From: Eledone cirrhosa
Taxonomy: Eukaryota
Length of the DNA: 64,000 nt
Reading direction: 5' to 3'
NCBI GenBank assembly: GCA_964016885.1
Contig: OZ024740.1
Location: 202,368,001-202,432,000 of the forward strand
Under the pieces are notes generated by a model that was given only the letters and a program-made list of their open reading frames with translations, was not told where the DNA came from and made no database searches. Shown one piece after another: positions 1 to 19,900 of the stretch (within the stretch, counting starts at the first letter, position 1; every line of letters begins with the position of its first letter). Position numbers and translations under genes: made by a program.

Positions 1-128
1 TGTATATATATGTATGTATATATATGTATATATATGTATATATATGTATATATATGTATATATATGTATGTATATATATGTATATATATGTATGTATATA
101 TATGTATATATATGTATGTATATATATG

Positions 129-165
<37 letters not shown>

Positions 166-461
166 GTATATATATATATGTATGTATATATATGTATATA
201 TGTATATATATATATGTATGTATATATATGTATATATGTATATATATATATGTATGTATATATATGTATATATGTATATATATATATGTATGTATATATA
301 TGTATATATGTATATATATATATGTATGTATATATATGTATATATGTATATATATATATGTATGTATATATATGTATATATGTATATATATATATGTATG
401 TATATATGTATATATATATGTATGTATATATGTATATATATATATGTATGTATATATATGT

Positions 462-515
<54 letters not shown>

Positions 516-516
516 G

Positions 517-555
<39 letters not shown>

Positions 556-613
556 GTATATATATATATGTATATATATATATGTATGTATATATATGTA
601 TATATATATATGT

Positions 614-653
<40 letters not shown>

Positions 654-655
654 GT

Positions 656-695
<40 letters not shown>

Positions 696-1082
696 GTATA
701 TATATATATGTATGTATATATATGTATATATATATATGTATGTATATATATGTATATATATATATGTATATATATATATGTATATATGTATATGTATATA
801 TATATATGTATATATATATATGTATATATATGTATATATATATGTATATATATATATATATATGTATGTATATATATGTATATATATATATGTATATGTA
901 TATATGTATATATATGTATATATATATGTATATGTATATATATGTATATGTATATATATGTATATGTATATATTTATATGTGTATATATATATGTATATG
1001 TATATATATGTATATGTATATATATGTATATGTATATATTTATATGTGTATATATATATACATATATATATTTATGTATATA
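1..1082. repeat. (TA)n/(TATG) compound microsatellite
   Basis: Pure TA run with G interruptions on the + strand; source of the spurious IY/VY ORFs. Confidence 0.98.
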
Positions 1083-1133
1083 CGTGGGAAAGTGAAAAAT
1101 CGGAGAATAGACCGTTAAAACATGTTTATTGAA

Positions 1134-1180
1134 AATATCACCTACGTACGTTTCGCCCAGTTGGGCTTCTCAAGGGCATA
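1134..1180 (-). ncRNA. Minimal type-I hammerhead ribozyme variant in the PLE 3' region
   Basis: Minus strand: tatgccc TTGAGAA GCCC-aact-GGGC GAAA CGTACG TA gg; U3-A8 version of CUGANGA, perfect stem II, palindromic stem III (ACGTACGT); stem I weak. Confidence 0.65.
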
Positions 1181-1428
1181 AACAGTCACAAGTGTTCCTT
1201 ATATAGTTTGGAAAGAGATTTGGGGGTTAAATCGACATCAAGATTCATCGCTCGCAAAAATATCTTGTTTTGATTTTGCAGCAGGTCAAGGGAGGTAACT
1301 TTGGCCGGTGTTAGGGCAGTCTTTCCCGGATAATTTTTGGTATGCAGGGATCTTTTTCTGGGTGTTGTTTTGCTGCGCCTGCCCGCCGGGGTGTTAAGAC
1401 TTGTTGCAGGGAGATCCAGTGTGTTATT

Positions 1429-1863
1429 TCACTCTCCATTCTTAACCCATCTAAAGAAGGATATTTTTAAGCGATGTGTACAACTTATCGCTGTTTCAGC
1501 TCTGCTGTTGATGAGCTCGTGGGGTGCAGTTATGATGTGGTAGAGCTCCATGAGGCAAAGATCGCATTTCCTCTTGAAGTTGTACGGTGCAGCCCTGTCG
1601 ACAATCTCCCAGTGCGTGGAGAAGCTAATGTTTAAGTCCTTTAGTGATGTGATGTAGTCCGCGAGCGAGGTGGAGTGCCTTAGTTTTCTATTTGTGAAAG
1701 AGTGGAGATGTGTTCGAAACCTAATTTTGAACGGGCCGGAGGTGGCCCCTATATAATGTTTAACGCTATTGTGGCTAGTAATAGTGCATCTATATATAAC
1801 CCTATCGGTCAAGCAGTATCCTCTAAGGGGGCACCGTCCTCTGTCGAGGCAGTTGCAATTTCT
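1429..1863 (-). pseudogene. PLE GIY-YIG endonuclease domain (no start codon, fused to microsatellite)
   Basis: Stop-free reading frame with VIY/YIG, R, E and LIN motifs. Confidence 0.85.
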
Positions 1864-4115
<2,252 letters not shown>

Positions 4116-4131
4116 GTATATATATATATAT

Positions 4132-8907
<4,776 letters not shown>

Positions 8908-8953
8908 CTGTGAATGTGTCACTGTTTTACTATTGTGTTCCTTATTCTCCTAG

Positions 8954-9172
8954 GTTGGACTGGAGAGAGAATCTGCTTTGCTGGTGACAGTGCTGGTGGA
9001 AATCTAGTTCTGTCTCTGACACTGCGTACCATTGACAGTAATATCCGGATACCAGATGGAATCTTAACAGTGTACTCATCAGCCCTGATCAGTATAGTTC
9101 CATCACCATCTCGTCTACTTAGTGTCATGGATCCTCTGTTACCTGTTGGGGTCATGCTGAAATGTTTAGAGG
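8954..9172 (+). CDS. LIPE: Hormone-sensitive lipase, internal exon carrying the catalytic Ser (GDSAG)
   Basis: ctcctag|GT TGG... gives GWTGERICFAGDSAGGNL..PSPSRLLSVMDPLLPVGVMLKCLE then G|gtaag; 219 bp, phase 1/1; matches the HSL signature GERICLAGDSAGGNL / SPSRLLSLMDPLLP. Confidence 0.93.
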
Positions 9173-9378
9173 GTAAGAAATAATTTGAATTAGAGCTTTT
9201 AATAGCCTTGTATGATGGAAGTGTTCCATCCCTTTTATGTAATTTCAATAAAGCTTCCAAGCTGAGTGTCTTCATAAGCTAGGTTTTCCTTAGAAGATTT
9301 GTTTTATTTCTTTCAAATATATTTTTGGTATGTTAGCAAAACTATCATTTATTTTTTCTTCTTTAAATATATTTTTAG

Positions 9379-9989
9379 CCTACATTGGAACAAGTAGTGT
9401 CTCTAGTGACTACTGCAGCCCAACTGTTGAAGATGATCAGGAGAACCCAGAAAAAGAACAAGGAAAAGACGATGTGAAGAGTTCATCAAACGAACAAGAC
9501 AGTCCTCAGAGTAGTTCACCAGAAGAAAGTGACATTAAATTATCAGAACATAAAACAGTAGAAGAGGTTAATTTAGAAACCTCTGATTGTTTTTCTTCAG
9601 ATTTGAATGAGTTCTTTTCCCCTGATGATAGCGATGACACTGATGACACTGATGACACTGATGACCACAATTCAGATCTACTAGAACAGTTTTTACCTCC
9701 TCATGACCCCTATCATAATATTACTGAAACTAACTTACCTCTCTCATCTGCTTCATCTCCTGGTCATGCCCCTTGCTCAGCTAGACAGATGTCACATAGT
9801 GTTTCAACACCAATATTCAACAGAACAGAAAACATGCACTTTCGACCCCCACATCATTCTGCCTTTGATTGCTCTAATGTATCAGCCATGGAACGTTTCC
9901 TCAAGTTGGCCCTCAACAAAAACCCTTTAGTCTCCCCTATATATGCCTCTGACAAACAGCTCAAAATGTTCCCTGAAATCAGTTTAGTG
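9379..9989 (+). CDS. LIPE: Hormone-sensitive lipase, regulatory-module exon
   Basis: tttttag|CC TAC restores the frame CLEAYIG; acidic Ser-rich insert, then KNPLVSPIYASDKQLKMFPEISLV|gtaagt (HSL: KNPFMSPLLA); phase 1/0. Confidence 0.88.
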
Positions 9990-10027
9990 GTAAGTACAAC
10001 TAAAACTATTTCTATGAAACTATCGGT

Positions 10028-10225
10028 CATCATCATCATTTTATTCCTATTTTTTTTATGGTGGCATGGGTTGGACAGATCCTTAAAGTTTGAATCAGTT
10101 TCTGTTTAAAGTTAGTGCCCTCATATATTGGTCAAGGGGCCACGTCTTGCTTGTATGGTTCATTTTTCGCATGATCTTTACGGCTGAATGTCTTTCTTAA
10201 CATCAACCACTTTACATAGTTTATT
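10028..10225 (-). mobile_element. Old RTE-type 3' tail remnant
   Basis: (CAT)n, ggcatgggttggac and tttacggctgaatgtctttcttaacatcaacc are degenerate reverse complements of the LINE 3' UTR blocks. Confidence 0.65.
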
Positions 10226-10339
10226 GCGTGTATTTTAACATTTAGCATGTTAGAAAATTTTATGAATTGTTTCCCTTGACACTACATTATGTATTAAGGG
10301 GAGATGACTCTATTTTCGCAATTTGTCGCCGACAACATG

Positions 10340-10480
10340 TTAACCCTCTAGCATTTAAGCCGGCCGTATTCGGCCAGAAATCTCTCACCTTTTTCTCCTC
10401 AAACCAGCCATAACCAGCCACTGAAACTGATGTTAAGATATTGTTCTCAAAATGAATAATACCAAGATTTCATAGATTTG
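10340..10480. mobile_element. piggyBac-type MITE fragment
   Basis: TTAA+CCCTCTAGCATTTA terminus; similar, in inverse orientation, to 15660-15775. Confidence 0.5.
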
Positions 10481-10555
10481 ATATTATGTGAGATAATTAT
10501 TTGATATTATGTGAGATAATTATGTGAATTACCATGAAAATATAATAATAAATAT

Positions 10556-13500
10556 AGACAGTGGTGGTAGGGTGTAATGGAAGAGAGACAGTGGTGGCAG
10601 GGTGTTGTGGAAGAGAGACAGTGGTGGTAGGGTGTAATGGAAGAGAAACAGTGGTGGCAGGGTGTAATGGAAGAGAAACAGTGGTGGCAGGGTGTTGTGG
10701 AAGAGAGACAGTGGTGGTAGGGTGTAATGGAAGAGAAACAGTGGTGGCAGGGTGTAATGGAAGAGAGACAGTGGTGGCAGGGTGTTGTGGAAGAGAGACA
10801 GTGGTGGTAGGGTGTAATGGAAGAGAAACAGTGGTGGCAGGGTGTAATGGAAGAGAAACAGTGGTGGCAGGGTGTTGTGGAAGAGAGACAGTGGTGGCAG
10901 GGTGGAATGGAAGAGAGACAGTGGTGATAGGGTGTAATGGAAGAGAGACAGTGGTGGCAGGGTGTTGTGGAAGAGAGACAGTGGTGGCAGGGTGTAATGG
11001 AAGAGAGACAGTGGTGGCAGGGTGTTGTGGAAGAGAGACAGTGGTGGTAGGGTGTAATGGAAGAGAGACAGTGGTGGCAGGGTGTTGTGGAAGAGAGACA
11101 GTGGTGGCAGGGTGTAATGGAAGAGAGACAGTGGTGGCAGGGTGTTGTGGAAGAGAGACAGTGGTGGCAGGGTGTAATGGAAGAGAGACAGTGGTGGCAG
11201 GGTGTTGTGGAAGAGAAACGGTGGTGGCAGGGTGTAATGGAAGAGAGACAGTGGTGGCAGGGTGTTGTGGAAGAGAGACAGTGGTGGCAGGGTGTAATGG
11301 AAGAGAGACAGTGGTGGCAGGGTGTTGTGGAAGAGAGACAGTGGTGGTAGGGTGTAATGGAAGAGAGACAGTGGTGGCAGGGTGTAATGGAAGAGAGACA
11401 GTGGTGGCAGGGTGTAATGGAAGAGAGACAGTGGTGATAGGGTGTAATGGAAGAGAGACAGTGGTGGCAGGGTGTAATGGAAGAGAGACAGTGGTGGCAG
11501 GGTGTAATGGAAGAGAAACAGTGGTGGCAGGGTGTTGTGGAAGAGAGACAGTGGTGGTAGGGTGTTGTGGAAGAGAGACAGTGGTGGTAGGGTGTTGTGG
11601 AAGAGAGACAGTGGTGGCAGGGTGTAATGGAAGAGAGAGAGTGGTGGCAGGGTGTTGTGGAAGAGAGACAGTGGTGGTAGGGTGTTGTGGAAGAGAGACA
11701 GTGGTGGTAGGGTGTTGTGGAAGAGAGACAGTGGTGGCAGGGTGTTGTGGAAGAGAGACAGTGGTGGCAGGGTGTTGTGGAAGAGAGACAGTGGTGGCAG
11801 GGTGTAATGGAAGAGAGACAGTGGTGATAGGGTGTAATGGAAGAGAGACAGTGGTGGCAGGGTGTTGTGGAAGAGAAACAGTGGTGGCAGGGTGTAATGG
11901 AAGAGAGACAGTGGTGGCAGGGTGTAATGGAAGAGAGACAGTGGTGGTAGGGTGTAATGGAAGAGAGACAGTGGTGGCAGGGTGTTGTGGAAGAGAGACA
12001 GTGGTGGTAGGGTGTAATGGAAGAGAAACAGTGGTGGCAGGGTGTAATGGAAGAGAAACAGTGGTGGCAGGGTGTTGTGGAAGAGAGACAGTGGTGGCAG
12101 GGTGTAATGGAAGAGAGACAGTGGTGATAGGGTGTAATGGAAGAGAGACAGTGGTGGCAGGGTGTTGTGGAAGAGAAACAGTGGTGGCAGGGTGTAATGG
12201 AAGAGAGACAGTGGTGGCAGGGTGTAATGGAAGAGAGACAGTGGTGGTAGGGTGTAATGGAAGAGAGACAGTGGTGGCAGGGTGTTGTGGAAGAGAGACA
12301 GTGGTGGTAGGGTGTAATGGAAGAGAAACAGTGGTGGCAGGGTGTAATGGAAGAGAAACAGTGGTGGCAGGGTGTTGTGGAAGAGAGACAGTGGTGGCAG
12401 GGTGTAATGGAAGAGAGACAGTGGTGATAGGGTGTAATGGAAGAGAGACAGTGGTGGCAGGGTGTTGTGGAAGAGAGACAGTGGTGGTAGGGTGTAATGG
12501 AAGAGAGACAGTGGTGGCAGGGTGTTGTGGAAGAGAGACAGTGGTGGCAGGGTGTAATGGAAGAGAGACAGTGGTGGCAGGGTGTTGTGGAAGAGAGACA
12601 GTGGTGGCAGGGTGTAATGGAAGAGAGACAGTGGTGGCAGGGTGTAATGGAAGAGAGACAGTGGTGGCAGGGTGTTGTGGAAGAGAGTCAGTGGTGGTAG
12701 GGTGTAATGGAAGAGAGACAGTGGTGGCAGGGTGTTGTGGAAGAGAGACAGTGGTGGCAGGGTGTAATGGAAGAGAGAGAGTGGTGGTAGGGTGTAATGG
12801 AAGAGAGACAGTGGTGGTAGGGTGTAATGGAAGAGAGACAGTGGCGGCAGGGTGTAATGGAAGAGAGACAGTGGTGATAGGGTGTAATGGAAGAGAGACA
12901 GTGGTGGCAGGGTGTTGTGGAAGAGAGACAGTGGTGATAGGGTGTAATGGAAGAGAGACAGTGGTGGCAGGGTGTAATGGAAGAGAGACAGTGGTAGCAG
13001 GGTGTAATGGAAGAGAGACAGTGGTAGCAGGGTGTAATGGAAGAGAGACAGTGGTGGTAGGGTGTAATGGAAGAGAGACAGTGGTGGCAGGGTGTAATGG
13101 AAGAGAGACAGTGGTGGCAGGGTGTAATGGAAGAGAGACAGTGGTGGCAGGGTGTAATGGAAGAGAGACAGTGGTGGCAGGGTGTAATGGAAGAGAGACA
13201 GTGGTGGCAGGGTGTAATGGAAGAGAGACAGTGGTGGCAGGGTGTAATGGAAGAGAGACAGTGGTGGCAGGGTGTAATGGAAGAGAGACAGTGGTGGTAG
13301 GGTGTAGTGGAAGAGAGACAGTGGTAGCAGGGTGTAATGGAAGAGAGACGGTGGTGGCAGGGTGTTGTGGAAGAGAGACAGTGGTGGCAGGGTGTAATGG
13401 AAGAGAGACGGTGGTGGCAGGGTGTTGTGGAAGAGAGACAGTGGTGGCAGGGTGTAATGGAAGAGAGACAGTGGTGGCAGGGTGTAGTGGAAGAGAGACA

Positions 13501-13731
13501 GTGGTAGCAGGGTGTAATAGAAGAGAGACAGTGGTGGCAGGGTGTTGTGGAAGAGAGACAGTGGTGGCAGGGTGTAATGGAAGAGAGACAGTGGTGGCAG
13601 GGTGTAATGGGAGAGAGACAGTGGTGGCAGGGTGTAATGGAAGAGAGACAGTGGTGGCAGGGTGTTGTGGAAGAGAGACAGTGGTGGCAGGGTGTAATGG
13701 AAGAGAGACAGTGGTGGCAGGGTGTAATGGA
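10556..13731 (+). repeat. 30-bp G-rich minisatellite, about 106 units, in the last LIPE intron
   Basis: Unit GTGGTGGYAGGGTGTWRTGGAAGAGARACA, no indels. Confidence 0.98.
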
Positions 13732-13862
13732 ATTCCCTTCCCATTCATTTTTTAACTGTTCATATCTCTTCACTTTCTGAATGTTATCTCTCTTGACTGT
13801 GATTTCTAAACAATTATTTTAAGTAATGAAACGTTTTTCTTTTATTTCTTCTTCACCTGCAG

Positions 13863-14060
13863 ACATGTCATCTTGACCCACTACTTGATGATTCTGTGAT
13901 GCTATGTAAAAGACTCCGACAACTTGATAAGGTTGCAGACTTCACGGTCCTTGATGATTTGCCTCACGGTTTCCTTAACTTTGCCTTGGTCAGTAAAGAT
14001 GCCCGAAATGGTTCAAACGTCTGTGTTGCCAAACTACGCAAATTGTTTAATCTCACCTAA
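13863..14060 (+). CDS. LIPE: Hormone-sensitive lipase, last coding exon (catalytic Asp and His); absent from the ORF track
   Basis: cctgcag|ACA TGT gives TCHLDPLLDDSVMLCKRLRQLDKVADFTVLDDLPHGFLNFALVSKDARNGSNVCVAKLRKLFNLT*; 198 bp, phase 0. Confidence 0.93.
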   Translation, partial: TCHLDPLLDDSVMLCKRLRQLDKVADFTVLDDLPHGFLNFALVSKDARNGSNVCVAKLRKLFNLT

Positions 14061-14324
14061 CCTGTTCTGGTCCTTTTGTTAATGCTGAAAACTTCTGATG
14101 TTAGTTGGTGTGGCTGGGGTAGGGCTCTGTGGATTTATACATGGGAGGGCGTGGTGGGACAAATGTGTAAAAAAAAAATGAAATTATTCTCGTCTCTCTG
14201 TTTACGAAACCGGTTTTTTTTTTTTTTTTTTGTAAGAAACAATTATTTTTGTAAAAAAGAGACAAAAAAGAAAAAAGAATATATATATAAATATAAACCA
14301 AAGGTAATTTACAGACTGACAATT

Positions 14325-14765
14325 ATATGTGTGTGTGTATATGTATTCCATATATATAGAGAGAGAGATATGTGTGCATATATGTATTGCATATATATAG
14401 AGAGATATGTGTGTATATACATGTGTGTATATGTATAGAGATATGTGTGTATGTATTGCATATATATATAGAGAGAGAGATATGTGTGTATATGTATTGC
14501 ATATATATATATATATATATCTATATATATATGTATGTGTGTGTGTATATATATATATATATACAGAGAGAGAGAGAGAGAGATACACGTGTATATCTGT
14601 TGTATATATATATGTGTGTGTGCATATATATCTATATATATATATGCATTGTATATATATATATAGAGAGAGATATATATGCATGTGTGTGTGTGTATTT
14701 GTGATGCATATATATGTTGCACATATATATATCTATGGGTGTGTGTGTATATATGTGTGTATATA
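14325..14765. repeat. Mixed TA/TG/GA microsatellite downstream of the LIPE stop
   Basis: Direct reading. Confidence 0.9.
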
Positions 14766-14971
14766 AAACAAAGGTTGTAAAGCTATTTTCCCTGCCAAAG
14801 CAGACATTTGCAGATCCTGTGATAGGAGTCCTTTCCTGATACTAACCCCTTTAGTTGCACCTCTCACAACATGCAGGGATACAGTCTATCTATTTTCTCT
14901 GTTTGTGTGTAGCTATCAATCTATCTGTATTATCTATCTATATATATCGAGAGAAAGAAAATGTGTGTGTG

Positions 14972-15030
<59 letters not shown>

Positions 15031-15032
<2 letters not shown>

Positions 15033-15220
15033 AAAATGTTTGACCCCGACGGCAGAACTCAAGCCGTTTCGACGGCTATTTCTGGACTGAAATAGCTGTC
15101 AAAACGGCTTGAGCTCTGCCGTCGGGGTCAAACATTTTCCTATTACCCACTCTACTACCCTAAGTATTGAGTACTCTGGTGCGTTATGGTCCATCTGGTT
15201 CCTTACCACACCTCCTTCGT
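15031..15220 (+). mobile_element. Fold-back PLE-type element, family F2 copy 1 (hammerhead 3' half)
   Basis: 52-bp arms around loop TGGACT (15083-15088), 80-bp unique tail, TA flanks; homologous in reverse to 61795-61988. Confidence 0.8.
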
Positions 15221-15225
15221 TATAT

Positions 15226-15261
<36 letters not shown>

Positions 15262-15547
15262 GTTTAGTGATTGTAACGTCAAGCTACTGTTGGTTCACCA
15301 AAGTGAGCACTCGATGTGTAGTTTCCAGCATGTAGTTTGGGGTTGTACTAATCAGAGTGTAATTATAATAAGTATGGATGAGGTGTCAAATTATCGTTAA
15401 GTTTATTCAGGTGTGACACGTGTTTCACAATTGATCAGCTCAACATTTGATCACTATAGATAGATAGATCGATATATAGATAGATGTTAGTAATTGAGTA
15501 AGAAAAGTAGAAAGTAGATATAAGACATATACGCTTTATGGTCAAGC

Positions 15548-15775
15548 TTAACCCTTTAGCATTTACATTACTTTATATATACTATTGTATTTTTGCGGTA
15601 AAGGTTTTACCTTACATAATTATCACACATAGTATCGAATCTACAAGATTTTGATATTAATTATTTTGAGAACAATACCTTAACATCAATATGAGCAGTC
15701 AGTTATGGCTGGTTAAACAGAAAGAGTTGAGAGAATTCTGGCCGGGTATGGTTGGTTTATATACTAACAGTTTAA
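15548..15775. mobile_element. piggyBac-type MITE
   Basis: TTAA at both ends, CCCTTTAGCATTTA left terminus, degenerate right terminus. Confidence 0.55.
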
Positions 15776-16246
15776 GCCATTTCCATCAAACTGGTTTAGC
15801 TTTGCCATATGACCTGTATGTTTTATATTAATGTGTACACTTGTACATATATATTTATATGTGTGTTTGTCTTTATGTTTTAATGAGTGGCAGGAGGAGG
15901 AAGGGGCTGCAACCATGACCTTATATCAGGGCCCCTGACACTATAGGGAGGAGAGATGTATTTTCTGATCAGAGAACTGGCTTGTATGTTTACAACTGTA
16001 TGGTTTCCATCAAACACACCTAAGTACCAGTTTTTGTTGTTGGTGTCACAATGGTTAAATCTGCAGGAATGTGTGTAAAATATTATACACACACGCAAAC
16101 ACGTGTGTGTATAGCATATTATATATATATATAATTTTTATTTTATATAGATATGACTTCTACAAGACTAGAACTGTTTCATTTGTATGAAATCATCATT
16201 TATTAATTTGTTCTGCCTTCGGGCAGCGATGACAAGTGTAGATTCC

Positions 16247-16294
<48 letters not shown>

Positions 16295-16340
16295 ATATAT
16301 ATGTATATATATATATATCTATATATATCTATATATATAT

Positions 16341-16550
16341 ACTGTCTGTTCATTTTATACGCGAAGATGCGTTCGTGAACACGGCACGTAAAGCAAATTT
16401 AGGTCTAATTTTCCCATAAATATAAAAATTAAAAACCACACGCGTCATAGCGCGTTATTCGTGCAAAGTGAATATTTAATAATATTTTTTTAAGGGATGT
16501 TAAAGTGAATTCGCGTAATTAAAGTTTGTGTAAAAAGCGAACAGACTGTG
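16341..16550. mobile_element. Possible old MITE (CpG-rich, imperfect TIRs gtctgttc/gaacagac)
   Basis: Short inverted termini between microsatellites. Confidence 0.35.
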
Positions 16551-16569
16551 TGTGTGTATATATATATAT

Positions 16570-16604
<35 letters not shown>

Positions 16605-16796
16605 AATATAAATGATCATGATGATAATATACATATATATGTAAGAGTGACAAGACATTTTCATTTGAAAGTAGACAACTCTAGAGATTTGTAAATATGT
16701 GAGTGACTTAGTGTGTACATATATGTAGGTATGTATGTGTGAGTATGTATGTATGTGTACGTAATTATATTTCCATGGTTCATAAGTCAACTGTAA

Positions 16797-16802
16797 AATA
16801 AA
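16797..16802 (+). promoter_or_regulatory. Candidate LIPE polyadenylation signal AATAAA (a second one near 16852)
   Basis: Hexamer followed by T-rich sequence just before the satellite; no transcript evidence. Confidence 0.3.
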
Positions 16803-16964
16803 GAACAAACCTTTGTTCAGTAATTAATTATTTTTAATGTAATTTTTAATTAATAAACACTGAAATATTTTAAATCATACTTCGTTATTTCTTACAATTT
16901 GTAAATATAAGTAAAAATTACTGTTTAATGTTTTCATTCAGTAAATATGTTATATGTTGTGTTG

Positions 16965-19900
16965 TCTGACATATGTAGTATCTTGTGTTGTAAATGACAT
17001 GTGTAGTGTCTTGTTGTATATGACATCTGAAGTGTCTTATGTTGTATATGACATGTGTAGTGTCATATGTTGTGTTGTGTGACATGTATAGTGTCTTATG
17101 TTGTATGTGACATATGTAGTGTCTTATGTCGTATATGACGTGTAGTGTGTTATATTGTATATGACATGTGTAGTGTCTTATGTTGTATATGACATGTGTA
17201 TATACAACATAAGACACTACACATCATACGACGTAAGATACTTCACATGTCATACAACATAAGACACTTCACATGTCATATACAACATAAGACACTACAT
17301 ATGTCATATACAACATAAGACACTTCACATGTCATATACAACATAAGACACTACACATGTCATATACAACATAAGACACTAGACATGTCATATACAACAT
17401 AAGACACTACATATGTCATATGCAACATAAGACACTACATATGTCATATACAACATAAGACACTACACATGTCATATACAACATAAGACACTAGACATGT
17501 CATATACAACATAAGACACTACATATGTCATATGCAACATAAGACACTACATATGTCATATACAACATAAGACACTACATATGTCATATACAACATAAGA
17601 CACTTCAAATGTCATATACAACATAAGACACTACATATGTCATATACAACATAAGACACTACATATGTCATACACAACATAAGACACTTCCCATGTCATA
17701 CACAACATAAGACACTTCCCATGTCATATACAACATAAGACACTACACATGTCATATACAACTTAAGACACTAGACATGTCATATACAACATAAGACACT
17801 ACATATGTCATATACAACATAAGACACTACACATGTCATATACAACATAAGACACTACACATGTCATATACAACATAAGACACTACATATGTCATACACA
17901 ACATAAGACACTTCCCATGTCATATACAACAAGACACTACACATGTCATATACAACATAAGACACTAGACATGTCATATACAACATAAGACACTACATAT
18001 GTCATATGCAACATAAGACACTACATATGTCATATACAACATAAGACACTTCAAATGTCATATACAACATAAGACACTACATATGTCATATACAACATAA
18101 GACACTACATATGTCATATACAACTTAAGACACTAGACATGTCATATACAACATAAGACACTACATATGTCATATACAACATAAGACACTAGACATGTCA
18201 TATACAACATAAGACACTACACATGTCATACACAACATAAGACACTTCACATGTCATACACAACATAAGACACTTCACATGTTATACACAACATAAGACA
18301 CTACACATGCCATATATGACATAAGACATATGTAGTGTCTTATGTTGTGTATGACATGTGAAGTGTCTTATGTTGTGTATGACATGTGTAGTGTCTTATG
18401 TTGTATATGGCATGTGTAGTGTCTTGTGTCGTATATGACATTTGAAGTGTCTTATGTTGTATATGACATATGTAGTGTCTTATGTTGTATATGGCATGTG
18501 TAGTGTCTTATGTCGTATATGACATTTGAAGTGACTTATGTTGTATATGACATATGTAGTGTCTTATGTTGTATATGACATGTAGTGTCTTATGTTGTAT
18601 ATGACATGTAGTGTCTTATGTTGTATATGACATGTGTATATACAACATAAGACACTACACATCATACGACGTAAGATACTTCACATGTCATACAACATAA
18701 GACACTTCACATGTCATATACAACATAAGACACTACATATGTCATATACAACATAAGACACTTCACATGTCATATACAACATAAGACACTACACATGTCA
18801 TATACAACATAAGACACTAGACATGTCATATACAACATAAGACACTACATATGTCATATGCAACGTAAGACACTACATATGTCATATACAACATAAGACA
18901 CTACATATATCATATACAACATAAGACACTTCAAATGTCATATACAACATAAGACACTACATATGTCATATACAACATAAGACACTACATATGTCATATT
19001 CAACATAAGACACTACATATGTCATATACAACATAAGACACTACATATGTCATATACAACATAAGACACTACATATGTCATATACAACATAAGACACTAC
19101 ATATGTCATACACAACATAAGACACTTCCCATGTCATATACAACATAAGACACTACACATGTCATATACAACTTAAGGCACTAGACATGTCATATACAAC
19201 ATAAGACACTACATATGTCATATACAACATAAGACACTACACATGTCATATACAACATAAGACACTTCCCATGTCATATACAACATAAGACACTACACAT
19301 GTCATATACAACATAAGACACTAGACATGTCATATACAACATAAGACACTACATATGTCATATACAACATAAGACACTACATATGTCATATACAACATAA
19401 GACACTACACATGTCATATACAACATAAGACACTTCCCATGTCATATACAACATAAGACACTACACATGTCATATACAACATAAGACACTAGACATGTCA
19501 TATACAACATAAGACACTACATATGTCATATGCAACATAAGACACTACATATGTCATATACAACATAAGACACTACATATGTCATATACAACATAAGACA
19601 CTTCAAATGTCATATACAACATAAGACACTACATATGTCATATACAACATAAGACACTACATATGTCTTATACAACTTAAGACACTAGATATGTCATATA
19701 CAACATAAGACACTACATATGTCATATACAACATAAGATACTAGACATGTCATATACAACATAAGACACTTCACATGTTATACACAACATAAGACACTAC
19801 ACATGCCATATTGTTATACACAACATAAGACACTACACATGCCATATATGACATAAGACATATGTAGTGTCTTATGTTGTGTATGACATGTGAAGTGTCT

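Larger units (their letters stand above)
1083..1863 (-). mobile_element. 5'-truncated Penelope-like element (PLE): GIY-YIG endonuclease end plus 3' region, inserted in (TA)n
   Basis: Minus-strand translation 1863-1429 reads [61 protein letters not shown], i.e. a Cys linker plus GIY-YIG (VIY..YIG) of PLE type, possibly Nematis-like; TA tracts on both sides. Confidence 0.85.

Noticed and set aside
8914-10109. ORF-track starts at 8914 and 9330 as separate genes
   Set aside because: They are internal LIPE exons extended into intron sequence.
10497-13780. ORFs over 1000 aa (GCNGRETVVA / PLHPATTVSL repeats)
   Set aside because: A 30-bp unit is open in three frames by chance. It lies inside a GT-AG intron whose flanking exons join in frame.
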